Below are positions 1 to 8,989 of a stretch of 64,000 bases of DNA, piece by piece. The position numbers were made by a program, and so were the translations under genes. The DNA is from an uncultured Lachnospiraceae bacterium (lineage in GTDB: Bacteria > Bacillota > Clostridia > Lachnospirales > Lachnospiraceae): contig CALCMD010000101.1 of assembly GCA_937965795.1 (NCBI GenBank), forward strand, positions 10,942 to 74,941, written 5' to 3'. Numbering within the stretch: position 1 is the first letter of the stretch; each line of letters starts with the position of its first letter. The notes under the pieces are model-generated. The model ran no database searches, was not told the DNA's origin, and saw only the letters and a list, made by a program, of their open reading frames with translations.

Positions 1-420
1 TTGTCTGCTTTTGACCAAATCCCGAATCTGCCCGATCGTAACATCCCGAACCGTGTCTCTTAGCAGATTCCATATATGATTCCATGTATTTTTTGTCACA
101 CACTTCTCACAATCCATGCCGCAGTCTGTCTCTTTTGTAAGGCATTCCACCGGCGCCAGATTTCCTTCCACCGCCATCAAAACCTCCAAAACCGTAATCT
201 CACCGGCTTCTCTTGCCAGGCAATATCCCCCGCAAGCCCCTCTGGTGCTCTTCACAATGCCTGCCTTTTTCAGCATGGATACAATACGCTCCAGATATTT
301 TTCCGAGAGATGCCGTCTCTCGGACACGCTGCGGATACTCACCAGATTTCCGTCGCTGGAGTAAATTGCCAGATCCACCGCGGTTTCCAGAGCGTAGATT
401 CCTTTTGTAGATATTTTCAT
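1..420 (-). CDS. Rrf2-family transcriptional regulator (IscR/CymR-like), runs off the window's left edge
   Basis: Not in the ORF track. Manual translation from ATG at 420: MKISTKGIYALETAVDLA...LSEKYLERIVSMLKKAGIVKSTRGACGGYCLA...VECLTKETDCGMDCEKC. This has the Rrf2 winged helix and a Cys cluster; GGAGG RBS upstream. Confidence 0.9.
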   Translation of the reverse strand, partial: MKISTKGIYALETAVDLAIYSSDGNLVSIRSVSERRHLSEKYLERIVSMLKKAGIVKSTRGACGGYCLAREAGEITVLEVLMAVEGNLAPVECLTKETDCGMDCEKCVTKNTWNHIWNLLRDTVRDVTIGQIRDLVKSRQ

Positions 421-488
421 ACGCATCCTCCGATTTTTCATGCAGCCTTTGACCTCAACATCATAACATAAAAATTTTGAAAAGGAAA

Positions 489-523
489 GCGTGCAGACTT
501 CCAAACTTCCGAAGTCTGCACGC
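489..523 (-). terminator. Rho-independent terminator after the last GH136 gene
   Basis: Perfect 13-bp inverted repeat GCGTGCAGACTTC / GAAGTCTGCACGC, followed by TTTCCTTTT on the minus strand. Confidence 0.8.
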
Positions 524-539
524 ATCTTTTAAGCTGCCG

Positions 540-3269
540 TTATTTCACTCTTACTTTAACCGTTTTCTTTACGCCGTTGCATTGCACCGTAATCTTACAG
601 CGCCCTGCCTTCACGCCCTTGATAACGCCTTTCTTAGTGACAGAAGCCACTTTCTTATTGCTGCTCTTATAAGTGATTTTTCCGGTCGGTACTGCTTTTA
701 CTTTGATCTTCGATTTCTTACCCTTCCTGAGCACAACCGCTTTCTTGCTTCTAATCTTCAAAGTCGGCTTTTTCACTGTAATCGTACAGGACGCCTTATA
801 GCCTCCCGCAGATGCTGTAACCACTGTCTTTCCAGCTTTTTTCGCCGTTACTTTTCCGTCCTTCACCGTCGCTGCTTTCGGGTTCGATGAAGTCCATGTC
901 ACAGCTCCTGTGACGCCCGATGCTTTCAGGGTCACCGTCTTTTTGCCCTTCGTATAGATCGTAGCGCTCGTCTTATCAAGCTTCAGGGATGTCACTGTCT
1001 GCTGCTTTTTCTGAAGGCCCGCAATCGCTTTTTGCAGGTTTGCCAAAGCGGTATCCAGTTCTTCTTTTGTACTGCCGCTGCTTGCCAGAACACTCTCCGC
1101 CCTCTTCAAAGCAGTCTGGAAAACATTCCAGCTCTCCGGCGTATATTCCGTGCTCTTTAACGCCTTCGCCTGTGCGATCTGCCCGCTCAGGCTTTCTTTT
1201 ACGCCGGAAACGTCCTGAGCTGCCGTCACAAAACTGATAGAATACGGTTTTGACGCCACGCCGTTCTTATCATACGCAACTACAGATATTGAGTAGCTCT
1301 TTCCTGGCTGAAGGTTCTCTAACGTTGCCGTCATGATCTGTGCGTTTTCATCCGACACAGCCACTTCTTTCAAAACTGTATCGCCATCCATGATCTGATA
1401 CTTTTCAATTCCCACAATATCCCAGGCAGCCGGCCAGCTAAGTGTCACGCTGGTTTCACCAGCTTCGGAAACCTCCACTTTCTGCGGCGCTGCCGGAGTC
1501 GTTGCCGTCTCGTTTGCCTGATATTTGTGCGCGCCGATATCCGGAGTCTCCGTAGCCGAGATCGCGTTTCCGAAGAAATCTTTTTCGCATAACTCTTTGC
1601 CGTTGCTGTCCGTGATAACCTTTCCTGCGCCGATCGCCGGTGAATTTTCCGCCAGCTTATAACCTTCAAACGCACTTCTTACTGCCGGGTCCTCATGCAG
1701 ACGCGCTACGCCAACCGGAGAAGCCGGAGCGGTTCCGGCCTGCCGGAATACCTGTGTGCCCGCAGGCACGGATACCGCCGCGGTATCGCTTGCCGGTGCA
1801 TTCGAATAATTATAATACAGGTTATTGCTGTATGTCTTGTTCGTACCTCCTACATTCCAGTTCTCTTCTCTCGCCTCTGAACCTGAATAATAGAAAATAT
1901 TGTTTTCAGCAATCATCGCTCCGCCGCTTCGGTCCCTCAGAAGCGGAACGCCCTCTTTCACATAGAATACGTTGTTGTATACGTGTACCGTCGGATTTCC
2001 AAATGTGTCCAGAACCGATCTCAGATCTTCCTGGCTGATGTTATAACGGAAGGTCGTGCGATATGCTTCTGACAGACAAACCATGAAGCATCCGCCCTCA
2101 TTGTTGTGGCTGTAATTATACTGGTAAACCGTTCCGTCCGCCCAGTCCGCATCCCATGCCTGACCGTCGCCGTTTTCATTGTTTACGTTTTTCGTGTCAA
2201 ATGCCTCGTTGTACTGGAAAACTGCATCCTTGCATTTCCACGGCCAGATTCCCGCCGCAAATCTCTGGGTTTCCCCACATGGACCATAATCTCCGCTGTG
2301 CATCTGCCTTGCCGCTCCATCCGACACATTATACTGTACCAGCGGGCGGTCGCAGTACATTAAAGTGATGGAATCACCGCCTGCGTCTTTTACATAATTG
2401 TTCTGGATTACGACATTCGTAGAACCATACTGACGGATGGTTTCATCTGAAATCGCGCTTCCCTGGAACCGATCCCATTTTGTCGTATACCCAACGGCAA
2501 TTCCCCAGCGGTTTACATTCTTCACGGTACAGCCGTCAATCAGGACGTCGTCATAACGGGAAATTCCCGTAGCCGCCTCATTATGCGGCTCGTATACGGT
2601 AAAATAAATACCGCCGTTGTTCATGTGCTTATCATAGACATTGCCGATAACATCATGAATGTTCAGATTCTCCAGATGGATGTGCTCAATCGTTCCCTTA
2701 TCCTGCGCTACTGCCGCTACACCGGTACGATCCATCATATCGGTCGCATTGTAAATGGTATCAATCTTTGGATTCCTGTTTACGATCTCCAGATTCCTGA
2801 TCTCAATATACTCGGTGTCATACAGCAGAATGGAAGAAGATACATAGCCTCTGTATTTGTGCCAGTTATTATCCAGGCTCTTTCCATAATTCTGGAACCA
2901 GACCCCCTGTCCGTTCGTATCAATGACTGGCGCCGCGCCTTCCCCATACTTATCCACGACGATTGGCGCTTCCTTGCTTCCGCTCTGCTCATACAGATGC
3001 AGATAACCGTTTTTAAATACGGAACCGCTCTCCAGAAGAATCTGATCTCCCGGCTTCAGCTCCAGGCTGTTAATCTTCTGCAAGCTGTAAAACGGCGTGC
3101 TCTGGCTCATTCCATCATTTGTATCCTTCCCGTGAAGGCTGCTGACGTAGTAAGTCGTTCCCGTGGTCTCTGCTGCTTTCTCCGCCGCTTCAGCCCCCAT
3201 GACCGGAGCTGCTGTAGAGCAGAGCACTGCCAATGCTGTTATAACTGCCAAAATTCTTTTTTTCATCAT
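540..3269 (-). CDS. Secreted GH136 (LnbX-like lacto-N-biosidase) beta-helix protein with FN3, FIVAR and Lys-rich Ig-like (Big_2) tail; paralog 5
   Basis: Start reassigned to MMKKRILAVI (RBS AGGAGGAG); signal peptide; motifs TYYVSS, MDRTGVA, KHMNNGGIYF, GIWPWKCK and DGQAWDADW match LnbX as I recall it. Confidence 0.85.
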   Translation of the reverse strand: MMKKRILAVITALAVLCSTAAPVMGAEAAEKAAETTGTTYYVSSLHGKDTNDGMSQSTPFYSLQKINSLELKPGDQILLESGSVFKNGYLHLYEQSGSKEAPIVVDKYGEGAAPVIDTNGQGVWFQNYGKSLDNNWHKYRGYVSSSILLYDTEYIEIRNLEIVNRNPKIDTIYNATDMMDRTGVAAVAQDKGTIEHIHLENLNIHDVIGNVYDKHMNNGGIYFTVYEPHNEAATGISRYDDVLIDGCTVKNVNRWGIAVGYTTKWDRFQGSAISDETIRQYGSTNVVIQNNYVKDAGGDSITLMYCDRPLVQYNVSDGAARQMHSGDYGPCGETQRFAAGIWPWKCKDAVFQYNEAFDTKNVNNENGDGQAWDADWADGTVYQYNYSHNNEGGCFMVCLSEAYRTTFRYNISQEDLRSVLDTFGNPTVHVYNNVFYVKEGVPLLRDRSGGAMIAENNIFYYSGSEAREENWNVGGTNKTYSNNLYYNYSNAPASDTAAVSVPAGTQVFRQAGTAPASPVGVARLHEDPAVRSAFEGYKLAENSPAIGAGKVITDSNGKELCEKDFFGNAISATETPDIGAHKYQANETATTPAAPQKVEVSEAGETSVTLSWPAAWDIVGIEKYQIMDGDTVLKEVAVSDENAQIMTATLENLQPGKSYSISVVAYDKNGVASKPYSISFVTAAQDVSGVKESLSGQIAQAKALKSTEYTPESWNVFQTALKRAESVLASSGSTKEELDTALANLQKAIAGLQKKQQTVTSLKLDKTSATIYTKGKKTVTLKASGVTGAVTWTSSNPKAATVKDGKVTAKKAGKTVVTASAGGYKASCTITVKKPTLKIRSKKAVVLRKGKKSKIKVKAVPTGKITYKSSNKKVASVTKKGVIKGVKAGRCKITVQCNGVKKTVKVRVK

Positions 3270-3285
3270 AGCGCTCTCCTCCTTC

Positions 3286-5745
3286 TTATTGCACTTCATA
3301 GCCAACGCGTATCTCTGCGGCAGAACCAAAAGTCTTTCCTTCCACCTGTGATACGGTCTCCAGACCTGACAATCTCACATAACGCGCGTTCACCTGTTCA
3401 AACTTCGCATACTTATCAGAAGTATTCTGCGCCCATGTCCCCGCATTCACCTCTGTCCATGCGTCATTGCTGTTCTGCCGGACCTCGACTTTATATCTCA
3501 GGAAGATACCGTTCTGGCTGCTCTGTCTCGGCACATATTTCACCATGCCTACCGGCTTCACGGAGCCGAGATCCAGCTCAATCCAGACGTCGCTCTGTGC
3601 GCATCCGTCCCATGCGGTATGCCACATCGTAGATGTATTGCCATCCAGCGCCAGATTTCCGCCGCCCTCCGAGTCATTGCCCGACTGATAGCTTCCCACC
3701 GTCGCTGTCATGGTGGTACGGTCATATTCCTCATATACTTTTGCGATCTCTACCGCATATACCTTCGGCGTGCCGCCGCTTCTGGATATCTGCACGGTCA
3801 TATCCGCTGTCATGGTATCCTCCGGCTGCGCTTCCTGGCTTCCTTTCATCACTTTTAAGGTGACGTCCTGTGCGTAAATAAGCTGTTCTGCCAGCTCTGC
3901 CACTGTCATATTCCCCGGCACATCCGAAATACTGTTTTCCCCAACCGTCAGAGCGCTTCCTCCAACTGCCCGGATTTCCAGGACATTTTCTGCCGCCGCA
4001 GACTCGAAGGCTCCAATATCCGGCTGTACGCCAATACGGTTTCCAAAGAAATCATATTTCGGAGCGCCTTCCACCCAGACTCCCGCATTGATTGCCGGCG
4101 AGTTCGCTTTCAGTTTATAACCGTCATAAACGCTTCTGTCGTGCAGTTTACCATCCGCCAGAACATCTGTCGGAGCTGTTCCTGCATTCTCAAAGAGCGG
4201 ATCAGCCGAAAGATTGCCCTCCGGGACGGTCATACGGTCGTCGTATCCATAAAAGATATTATTTTCGTAGGTATGTTTGTTATATGGAACATTGGCTTCT
4301 GTCGCTTTATTTGTGCTCACATTGTAGAAAATGTTGTTCCGGATGTTTGCCGTTCCATAGTAGAAGGTCGGATTATGTATCTTGGTACTGTTGTCTCCTC
4401 CAATATAAAATACATTATTGTAAATCTCTCCCTTCGGGTTTCCTGAAAGAATGAGCAGTCCCTTCAGGTCGTTCTGGCTGATATTATAGCGGAAAGTTCC
4501 GTTATATGCCTCGCCTGCACAGAACATAATACATCCGCCGCCATTGTTGTGGCTGTAATTATACTGATAGATGGTTCCATCGGAAGAGTCGATGTCCCAG
4601 GGCATTCCATCCTGGTTGTCTACCATATCAAACGCCTCATTATACTGGAAAACAGCGTCCTTACATTTCCACGGCCAGATTCCCGCGCAGACATATCCAT
4701 AATAGCTGGAATACCCTCCGTTCGCCACATCCATATCGGCGCCGCCTCTGTCCAGCACGTTATTCTGAACCAGAGGACGATAAGCGTACATCGCCACAAT
4801 CCCATCGTTTCCGATATCCTTTACATAGTTATTCTCAAAAACGATGTTTGTATGCCCGTAAGTCTTTGCGGCTTCCTCTGAAATCGCCTGTCCGTTAAAT
4901 TTTGCATGCTGGTAAGTATAACCTACACAGATTCCCGCTCTGGAAACGTCCCGCACATAGCAGTTCGTAATCCGGATATCATTATATCTGGCGATTCCCG
5001 TTTCTGCTTCGTTCTCCGGCTTCAGAACATTCATCTGGATTCCGCCGTTGTCCATATGCTTATCGCCAATGTTTCCATCGACGTCATGAATGTACAGATT
5101 ATCCAGGTATACATGCTCCATTGTTCCGCCATCCTTTGCGGCGCCTGCCACTCCGGTACGGTCCATACGCAGATTGTTCGGTCCGTTTGACTGGCTGCTC
5201 GCCTCATCCACGCTTACCACTGCTCCTTTAAAGTACTTAAAGTCATCCGATCTGTTTGTCAGCTCCAGATCACTGATTTCTACAAAGTCCACATCATAGA
5301 GCAGAATCGTGGATGACACATACCCGGTTCGTCTGTGATTCGCATTATCTAATGTAGCGCCATAATCCTGATACCAAACTCCCTGTGCATTTGCATTAAT
5401 GACCGGCTTTTCCGTACCCTCGCCATAGCTGCTGATTCGAATCGGCGCCTCCGCCGTTCCATGTACATCCTGAAGATGAATGTACGCATCGTTAAAAACA
5501 GAGCCTTTTTCCAGCAAAACCTGATCTCCCGGCTGAAGTTCCAGGTCAATCAGCTTATCCAGTGTCTCCCATGCAGTATTCTCCGATGTTCCGGCTCTGG
5601 AATTATCTCCATGAAGACTGCTGATATAGTAAGTCGTACCCGTATGAACCGTCTCAGCCGCATTCACCGAAATGGCAGGAAGAACGCCCTGACTCGTTCC
5701 CGCCACCGAAAGTGCACATAAAAGTGCCAACACTCTCTTTTTCAT
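3286..5745 (-). CDS. Secreted GH136-like beta-helix protein with C-terminal F5/8 (CBM32-like) domain; paralog 4
   Basis: Start at MKKRVLALLC (RBS AAGGAG); KHMDNGG, GIWPWKCK, DGMPWDIDS; C-terminal LALDGNTSTMWHT...WIELDLG...ARYVRL...SAAEI is a typical F5/8 signature. Confidence 0.82.
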   Translation of the reverse strand: MKKRVLALLCALSVAGTSQGVLPAISVNAAETVHTGTTYYISSLHGDNSRAGTSENTAWETLDKLIDLELQPGDQVLLEKGSVFNDAYIHLQDVHGTAEAPIRISSYGEGTEKPVINANAQGVWYQDYGATLDNANHRRTGYVSSTILLYDVDFVEISDLELTNRSDDFKYFKGAVVSVDEASSQSNGPNNLRMDRTGVAGAAKDGGTMEHVYLDNLYIHDVDGNIGDKHMDNGGIQMNVLKPENEAETGIARYNDIRITNCYVRDVSRAGICVGYTYQHAKFNGQAISEEAAKTYGHTNIVFENNYVKDIGNDGIVAMYAYRPLVQNNVLDRGGADMDVANGGYSSYYGYVCAGIWPWKCKDAVFQYNEAFDMVDNQDGMPWDIDSSDGTIYQYNYSHNNGGGCIMFCAGEAYNGTFRYNISQNDLKGLLILSGNPKGEIYNNVFYIGGDNSTKIHNPTFYYGTANIRNNIFYNVSTNKATEANVPYNKHTYENNIFYGYDDRMTVPEGNLSADPLFENAGTAPTDVLADGKLHDRSVYDGYKLKANSPAINAGVWVEGAPKYDFFGNRIGVQPDIGAFESAAAENVLEIRAVGGSALTVGENSISDVPGNMTVAELAEQLIYAQDVTLKVMKGSQEAQPEDTMTADMTVQISRSGGTPKVYAVEIAKVYEEYDRTTMTATVGSYQSGNDSEGGGNLALDGNTSTMWHTAWDGCAQSDVWIELDLGSVKPVGMVKYVPRQSSQNGIFLRYKVEVRQNSNDAWTEVNAGTWAQNTSDKYAKFEQVNARYVRLSGLETVSQVEGKTFGSAAEIRVGYEVQ

Positions 5746-5821
5746 CTTGTTCTCCTTTCCAAATAAAATATTATCTCCGCATAAAAGCACCTTCTAGTAT
5801 ACTAAAAATCCCTTAAAATAT

Positions 5822-8566
5822 CTATCTTATTTTTACTTTAATCCACACTTTTTTCTGCACGCCATTGCAGCTTACGGTAATTCTGCTCTTGCCTTCTTTT
5901 CTGCCCTTTACAACGCCTTTTGATGTAACTGTGGCAACCTTTTGATTGCTGCTTTTCCAGGTCATCTTCCCGGCCGGAAGCGCTTTGGCTTTTATTTTTA
6001 CTTTTTTTCCTTTTTTCAGCGTAATCGTCTTTCTTCCCGTAATCTTCAGCGTCGGTTTCTTTACCGTAATGGTGCAGACGGCCTTTTTCTCTCCCGCACT
6101 CGCTGTAATGACCGTTTTTCCAGCTTTCTTTGCCGTCACCTTTCCATTTTTGACAGACGCCGCCTTTGGATTCGAGGATGACCATGACACCGTACCGCTT
6201 CCCTGTGGCGTTTTGACCTTCAGCGTCAGAGTTCTTTTGCCCTTCGTATAAAGAACGGCGCTCGTCCTGTCAAGTGTCATCTGCACTTTCTGGAGCCCCT
6301 TCATTGCAGCGGTAAACTTCAGCGCCGCAACGTCAACTGCCGTTTTCGTACTGTTGCCATTCGCCATAACAGCTTCCGCATCTTTCCATGCTGTCTGGAA
6401 CCATTTCCAGCTCTCCGGCGTGTAATCGGAAGCGCGGAGCCCTTTTGCCGTTTCAAGCAGCATTCTGAGGCGGGATTTCCCCACTTCCTCCTCTTTTCCG
6501 GCCATACCCGCCGTCCGGAACGTAATCGTCTGCGCCTCTGACTCATAGCCCTGCACATCATATGCCACAACGGACAGCGTATACTCTTTTCCAGGTTCCA
6601 GTCCCCCTATTTCTACTGTCGTTTCTTCCTGCACGTCTGCCAGAATCTTATCGCCATCCGATACTCTATAACCTGCAATCGGAATCGTATCATCCTGCAC
6701 CGGCGTCCAACGCAGCGTTACGGACGTCTCCGAAGCGTCCGCCGAAATTCTCTGCGGAGCTGCCGGGACCCCTGGTTCCTCATTTTCCTGGTATTGATGG
6801 GCTCCCACATCAAAAACTGTCACATCAGATAAATCATTCCCGAAAAAGTCCTTCTCACTTGCTGACATACCGTTCCTGTCCTCAATCCTGATTCCAGCTC
6901 CGATCGCCGGAGAACCTTTTGCCAGCTTATACCCGTCAAACACGCTCCTGGCCCGTGCATCCCCATGTGGGAACACGATACCCGTTGTCGCTTCCGGCCC
7001 GCTTCCGGCATTCTGAAAGACAGGGGTTCCCGCCTCCACCACAATCGGATTTTCATCGCTCTCCGGTATGTTTGCATAATTATAATACAGATTATTGTTA
7101 TAAAATTCCCGCGTCGCATTGTACGTCCATTTTTCTGTCCTGGGCGTATCTCCGGCATAATAGATAATATTATTTTCCACCATCATAAACCCATAATTGG
7201 TACGCCCGGTACGAATAAACGGTACGTTTTCCGCCATGTAAAACACATTGTTATATACATGCACCTCCAGGTTGCTGTCCGGAATATCCAAAGCTCCCCG
7301 CAGGTCATTCTGGCTGATATTATAACGGAACGTGGTGCGGTATGCTTCCTTTCCGCAGACCATGATACAGCCCCCTTCGTTATGATGGCTGTAATTATAC
7401 TGATAAAGTGTTCCATCACCATAATCCGCATCCCATGCCTGCCCGTCCCCGTTGTCCCGGTCACCACCGTACTGATGGGTATCAAACGCCTCGTTGTACT
7501 GGAACACGGCGTCCTTGCACTTCCAGGGCCAGATTGCCGCCGCCACCTTGCCGCCGTTCGTACTCTTCGTATAATCAACGCTGTTAATCTGCCTTGCCGC
7601 CGCGTCAGAAATATTATATTCTACCAACGGGCGGTCACAGTACATCGTCGTAATCGCGTCTCCGCCCGGATCTTTCACATAATTGTTTCGGATCACGACA
7701 TTGGCAGATCCGTATTCCGCTACGACTTCATCATCAATCGCCGCTCCGCCGAATTCCCCGCCAAAAGCCGTATATCCCACCGCAATTCCCCAGCGGTTTA
7801 CATTCTCTACCACGCAGTTTTCAATCCGTACACCGTCATAGCGTGGAATTCCCGTCCCGGTCGTCCCTTCTTCCGTTAAGTCATGGGGCTGAAACTGCGT
7901 AAAATAGATCCCCCCATTATTCATATGCTTATCATAAACATTGCCGATGACATCATGCACATACAGTCCATTCAAAAAAATGTGATGGAGCGTCCCCCCA
8001 TCCTGCGCCACCGCCGCCACTCCGGTACGGTTCATCACGTCCGGCTCATTGTAAACGTTTTCAATATCCGGCGCCCGGTTGACCAGTTCCAGATTGTTGA
8101 TTTCAATATATTCACTGTCATATAAAAGGATTGACGACGACACATATCCCTGGAATTTGTGTGCCTTAATCCCTCTGTTAAACCCGTAATTCTGATACCA
8201 GATACCTTCTCCGTTGGTATCAAGGACTGGCAGCGCTCCTTCCCCGTATTTGTCGATGACAATCGGCTGTTCTTCGCTTCCGCTCTGCCCGAAAAGGTGC
8301 AGATACCCGTCTGTAAATATGGAACCGCACTCCAGCAAAATTCTGTCTCCCGGTTCCAGTGTCAGATCGTTGATTTTTTGAATACTGTAAAACGGCGTTT
8401 TTTCAGATAAGCCATTATTCGCATCCCGTCCGTGAAGCGTACTGACATAATACGTTGTCCCCGCCGTGTATCCCACGGGTTCTGCCGCCCTTGCGCCTGT
8501 TTGTGGAATCACCGCCGTACAGAACAGCGCCATTGCGCACAGCGCCGCCGACATTTTTTTTCTCAT
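5822..8566 (-). CDS. Secreted GH136 lacto-N-biosidase-like protein with FN3, FIVAR and Big_2 tail; paralog 3
   Basis: Start at MRKKMSAALC (RBS AGGGGG); NGDGQAWDADYGDGTLYQYNYS matches the LnbX catalytic segment as recalled. Confidence 0.87.
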   Translation of the reverse strand: MRKKMSAALCAMALFCTAVIPQTGARAAEPVGYTAGTTYYVSTLHGRDANNGLSEKTPFYSIQKINDLTLEPGDRILLECGSIFTDGYLHLFGQSGSEEQPIVIDKYGEGALPVLDTNGEGIWYQNYGFNRGIKAHKFQGYVSSSILLYDSEYIEINNLELVNRAPDIENVYNEPDVMNRTGVAAVAQDGGTLHHIFLNGLYVHDVIGNVYDKHMNNGGIYFTQFQPHDLTEEGTTGTGIPRYDGVRIENCVVENVNRWGIAVGYTAFGGEFGGAAIDDEVVAEYGSANVVIRNNYVKDPGGDAITTMYCDRPLVEYNISDAAARQINSVDYTKSTNGGKVAAAIWPWKCKDAVFQYNEAFDTHQYGGDRDNGDGQAWDADYGDGTLYQYNYSHHNEGGCIMVCGKEAYRTTFRYNISQNDLRGALDIPDSNLEVHVYNNVFYMAENVPFIRTGRTNYGFMMVENNIIYYAGDTPRTEKWTYNATREFYNNNLYYNYANIPESDENPIVVEAGTPVFQNAGSGPEATTGIVFPHGDARARSVFDGYKLAKGSPAIGAGIRIEDRNGMSASEKDFFGNDLSDVTVFDVGAHQYQENEEPGVPAAPQRISADASETSVTLRWTPVQDDTIPIAGYRVSDGDKILADVQEETTVEIGGLEPGKEYTLSVVAYDVQGYESEAQTITFRTAGMAGKEEEVGKSRLRMLLETAKGLRASDYTPESWKWFQTAWKDAEAVMANGNSTKTAVDVAALKFTAAMKGLQKVQMTLDRTSAVLYTKGKRTLTLKVKTPQGSGTVSWSSSNPKAASVKNGKVTAKKAGKTVITASAGEKKAVCTITVKKPTLKITGRKTITLKKGKKVKIKAKALPAGKMTWKSSNQKVATVTSKGVVKGRKEGKSRITVSCNGVQKKVWIKVKIR

Positions 8567-8651
8567 GGCTGTTCCCCCTTTCCTGATTCTCTTTTTTAAC
8601 CTTCGCTTTTGTCTTACGGAAAATTGCACAGCAGTTTCCGGTAAGATAATA

Positions 8652-8689
8652 AAGTGTGTAGATTTCAGGATTCCGAAACCTACACACTT
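8652..8689 (-). terminator. Hairpin terminator after hicB
   Basis: AAGTGTGTAGATTTC / GAAACCTACACACTT inverted repeat (one G-U pair in the minus-strand RNA), followed by T-rich sequence. Confidence 0.7.
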
Positions 8690-8700
8690 CTTCCTAATTT

Positions 8701-8979
8701 CTATTCATCCCAACCTTCATAAAATCTGATATTGACTGAAATCTGCCGCACGACTTCTCCGTCTTTCAGTGGAATATCACTCACATCCGTGATACGCGGC
8801 AGCTCCGGTTCTTCCTCAGCCAGTTCTACCAAAAGCCAGTCACAGGCCGCCTCATTTGCATTTTCCACCGCTTCGTCAAGGGTATCTCCCTCTCCGTAGC
8901 AACACTCCAAATCCGGAAAATATCCTTTATACGTTCCTTTTTCTGTTCTATGAAACACTGCGGGATATATAAATTTCAT
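8701..8979 (-). CDS. HicB-family antitoxin-like protein (no HicA partner nearby)
   Basis: MKFIYPAVFH...YFPDLECCYGEGDTLDEAVENANEA, the HicB N-terminal signature; GGAGAG RBS. Confidence 0.85.
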   Translation of the reverse strand: MKFIYPAVFHRTEKGTYKGYFPDLECCYGEGDTLDEAVENANEAACDWLLVELAEEEPELPRITDVSDIPLKDGEVVRQISVNIRFYEGWDE

Positions 8980-8989
8980 GGAAACTCTC